A stretch of DNA of 64,000 nt from Mobula hypostoma (lineage: Eukaryota): positions 92,692,001-92,756,000 of the forward strand of contig NC_086107.1 of assembly GCF_963921235.1 (NCBI RefSeq), given 5' to 3'. Within the stretch, counting starts at the first letter, position 1. Every line of letters starts with the position of its first letter. The position numbers were made by a program, and so were the translations under genes. Below are positions 62,990 to 64,000 of the stretch, one piece after another. Under the pieces are notes generated by a model. That model was not told the origin of the DNA, ran no database searches, and saw only the letters and a program-made list of their open reading frames with translations.

Positions 62990-64000
62990 TGATGGCATCA
63001 TCGTCATCTGACAACTAGGAAAACTGACATGGTGATGCGAGTTCAAGTCCTACCATGGCAGCTGGAGAATTTTAAGTTCAAGCAATTAAACACGTCCGGA
63101 ATTTATATTAACAAATGACTCAGCAAAGGTCGATATGAAACTATTAGGGTAGCACACACAAAATGCTGGAGGAACTCAGCAGGACAGGCAGCATCAATGG
63201 AAAGGAATAAAGAGTTGACGCTTTGGGTTGAGACACCTCATCAGGACTGGAAAGGAAGGTGGAAGGAGTCAGAATAAAATTGAATGAAGAATGGGGAGAA
63301 AGGTGAGGACAGCCCAGTGCATCTGTGGTTGTGAGTTTCCCATGACTCAGGACATTTACAAGGACAATGTGCAAAAAGGGCCCATAAGATCATTGGGGAC
63401 CCAAGCCATCCCAACCACAATCTATTCCAGCTGCAACCATCCGGGAAGTGGTACCGCAGCATAAAAGCCAGGACCAACAGGTTCCAGGACAGCTTCTTCC
63501 ACCAGGCCATCAGACTGATGAACTCACGCTGACTTAAGTGTACTCTATATTACTTCGACTGTTCAATTTATTATAAATTACTATGATTGCACATTGCACA
63601 TTTAGATGGAGACGTAACGTAAAGATTTTTACTCCTCATGTATGTGAAGGATGTAAGGAATAAAGTCAACTCAATTCAACTCATCCATGGCCAAATAATG
63701 ATGCTTTCAGCTCCTAATCTTGAAGGTGGTTTAAGAACTTTAAACAGCTCTCAAAGAATTCTGGCTCCTTTCCCCTTCCTTTCCAGTCCTGATGAAAGGT
63801 CTCAGCCCAAAGTGTCAATTGCTTATTCCTCTCCAGAGATGCTGCCTTAGCTGTGGAGTTTCCCCGGCATTTTGTGTGTGTTACCCTGCATTCCTAGCAC
63901 CTGCAGAATTCCCTGTGTTCATGTAACTACAAGATTGTTGTAAAAATTACCTGGGAGTAATGTCCTTCAAGAAGCAATATCTTCCATCCAGACTTAGTAA
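62990..64000 (+). mobile_element. Old tRNA-type SINE split by a Penelope inverted pair (63150-63922) that is itself split by a Rex1 3' end (63305-63680)
   Basis: B-box-like gagttcaagtcc; SINE body stops at atgaaacta (63143) and resumes at gtaactacaagattgttgtaaaaa (63923). Confidence 0.65.

Overview
Eukaryotic, repeat-dense vertebrate DNA. The repeat families (HER1/CR1-type LINEs, HE1-like tRNA SINEs, Deu-domain SINE relics) point to a cartilaginous fish, most likely a ray (inference). The only host gene I can support is the 3' end of synaptotagmin-3 (syt3, + strand). It has two coding exons that the ORF track misses or only partly captures (19127-19256, 22239-22337), an intron starting 24 nt after the stop codon, and a non-coding terminal exon from 25987 that may run to a poly(A) signal near 33360. 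Almost all ORFs in the supplied track are transposon debris or chance. The rest is a nested archive of CR1, Rex1/Babar, L2 and Penelope-like retroelements, Tc1 and hAT non-autonomous elements, two probable solo LTRs and several SINE-like families. The most interesting non-obvious signal is about 20 Penelope terminal-repeat copies carrying a minimal hammerhead-ribozyme motif. Several of these are intact, some are in sense orientation inside the syt3 intron, and several insertions are truncated right at the ribozyme. I found no evidence for a wholly new protein-coding system. Repeat boundaries are by eye and approximate unless a TSD/TIR is quoted.
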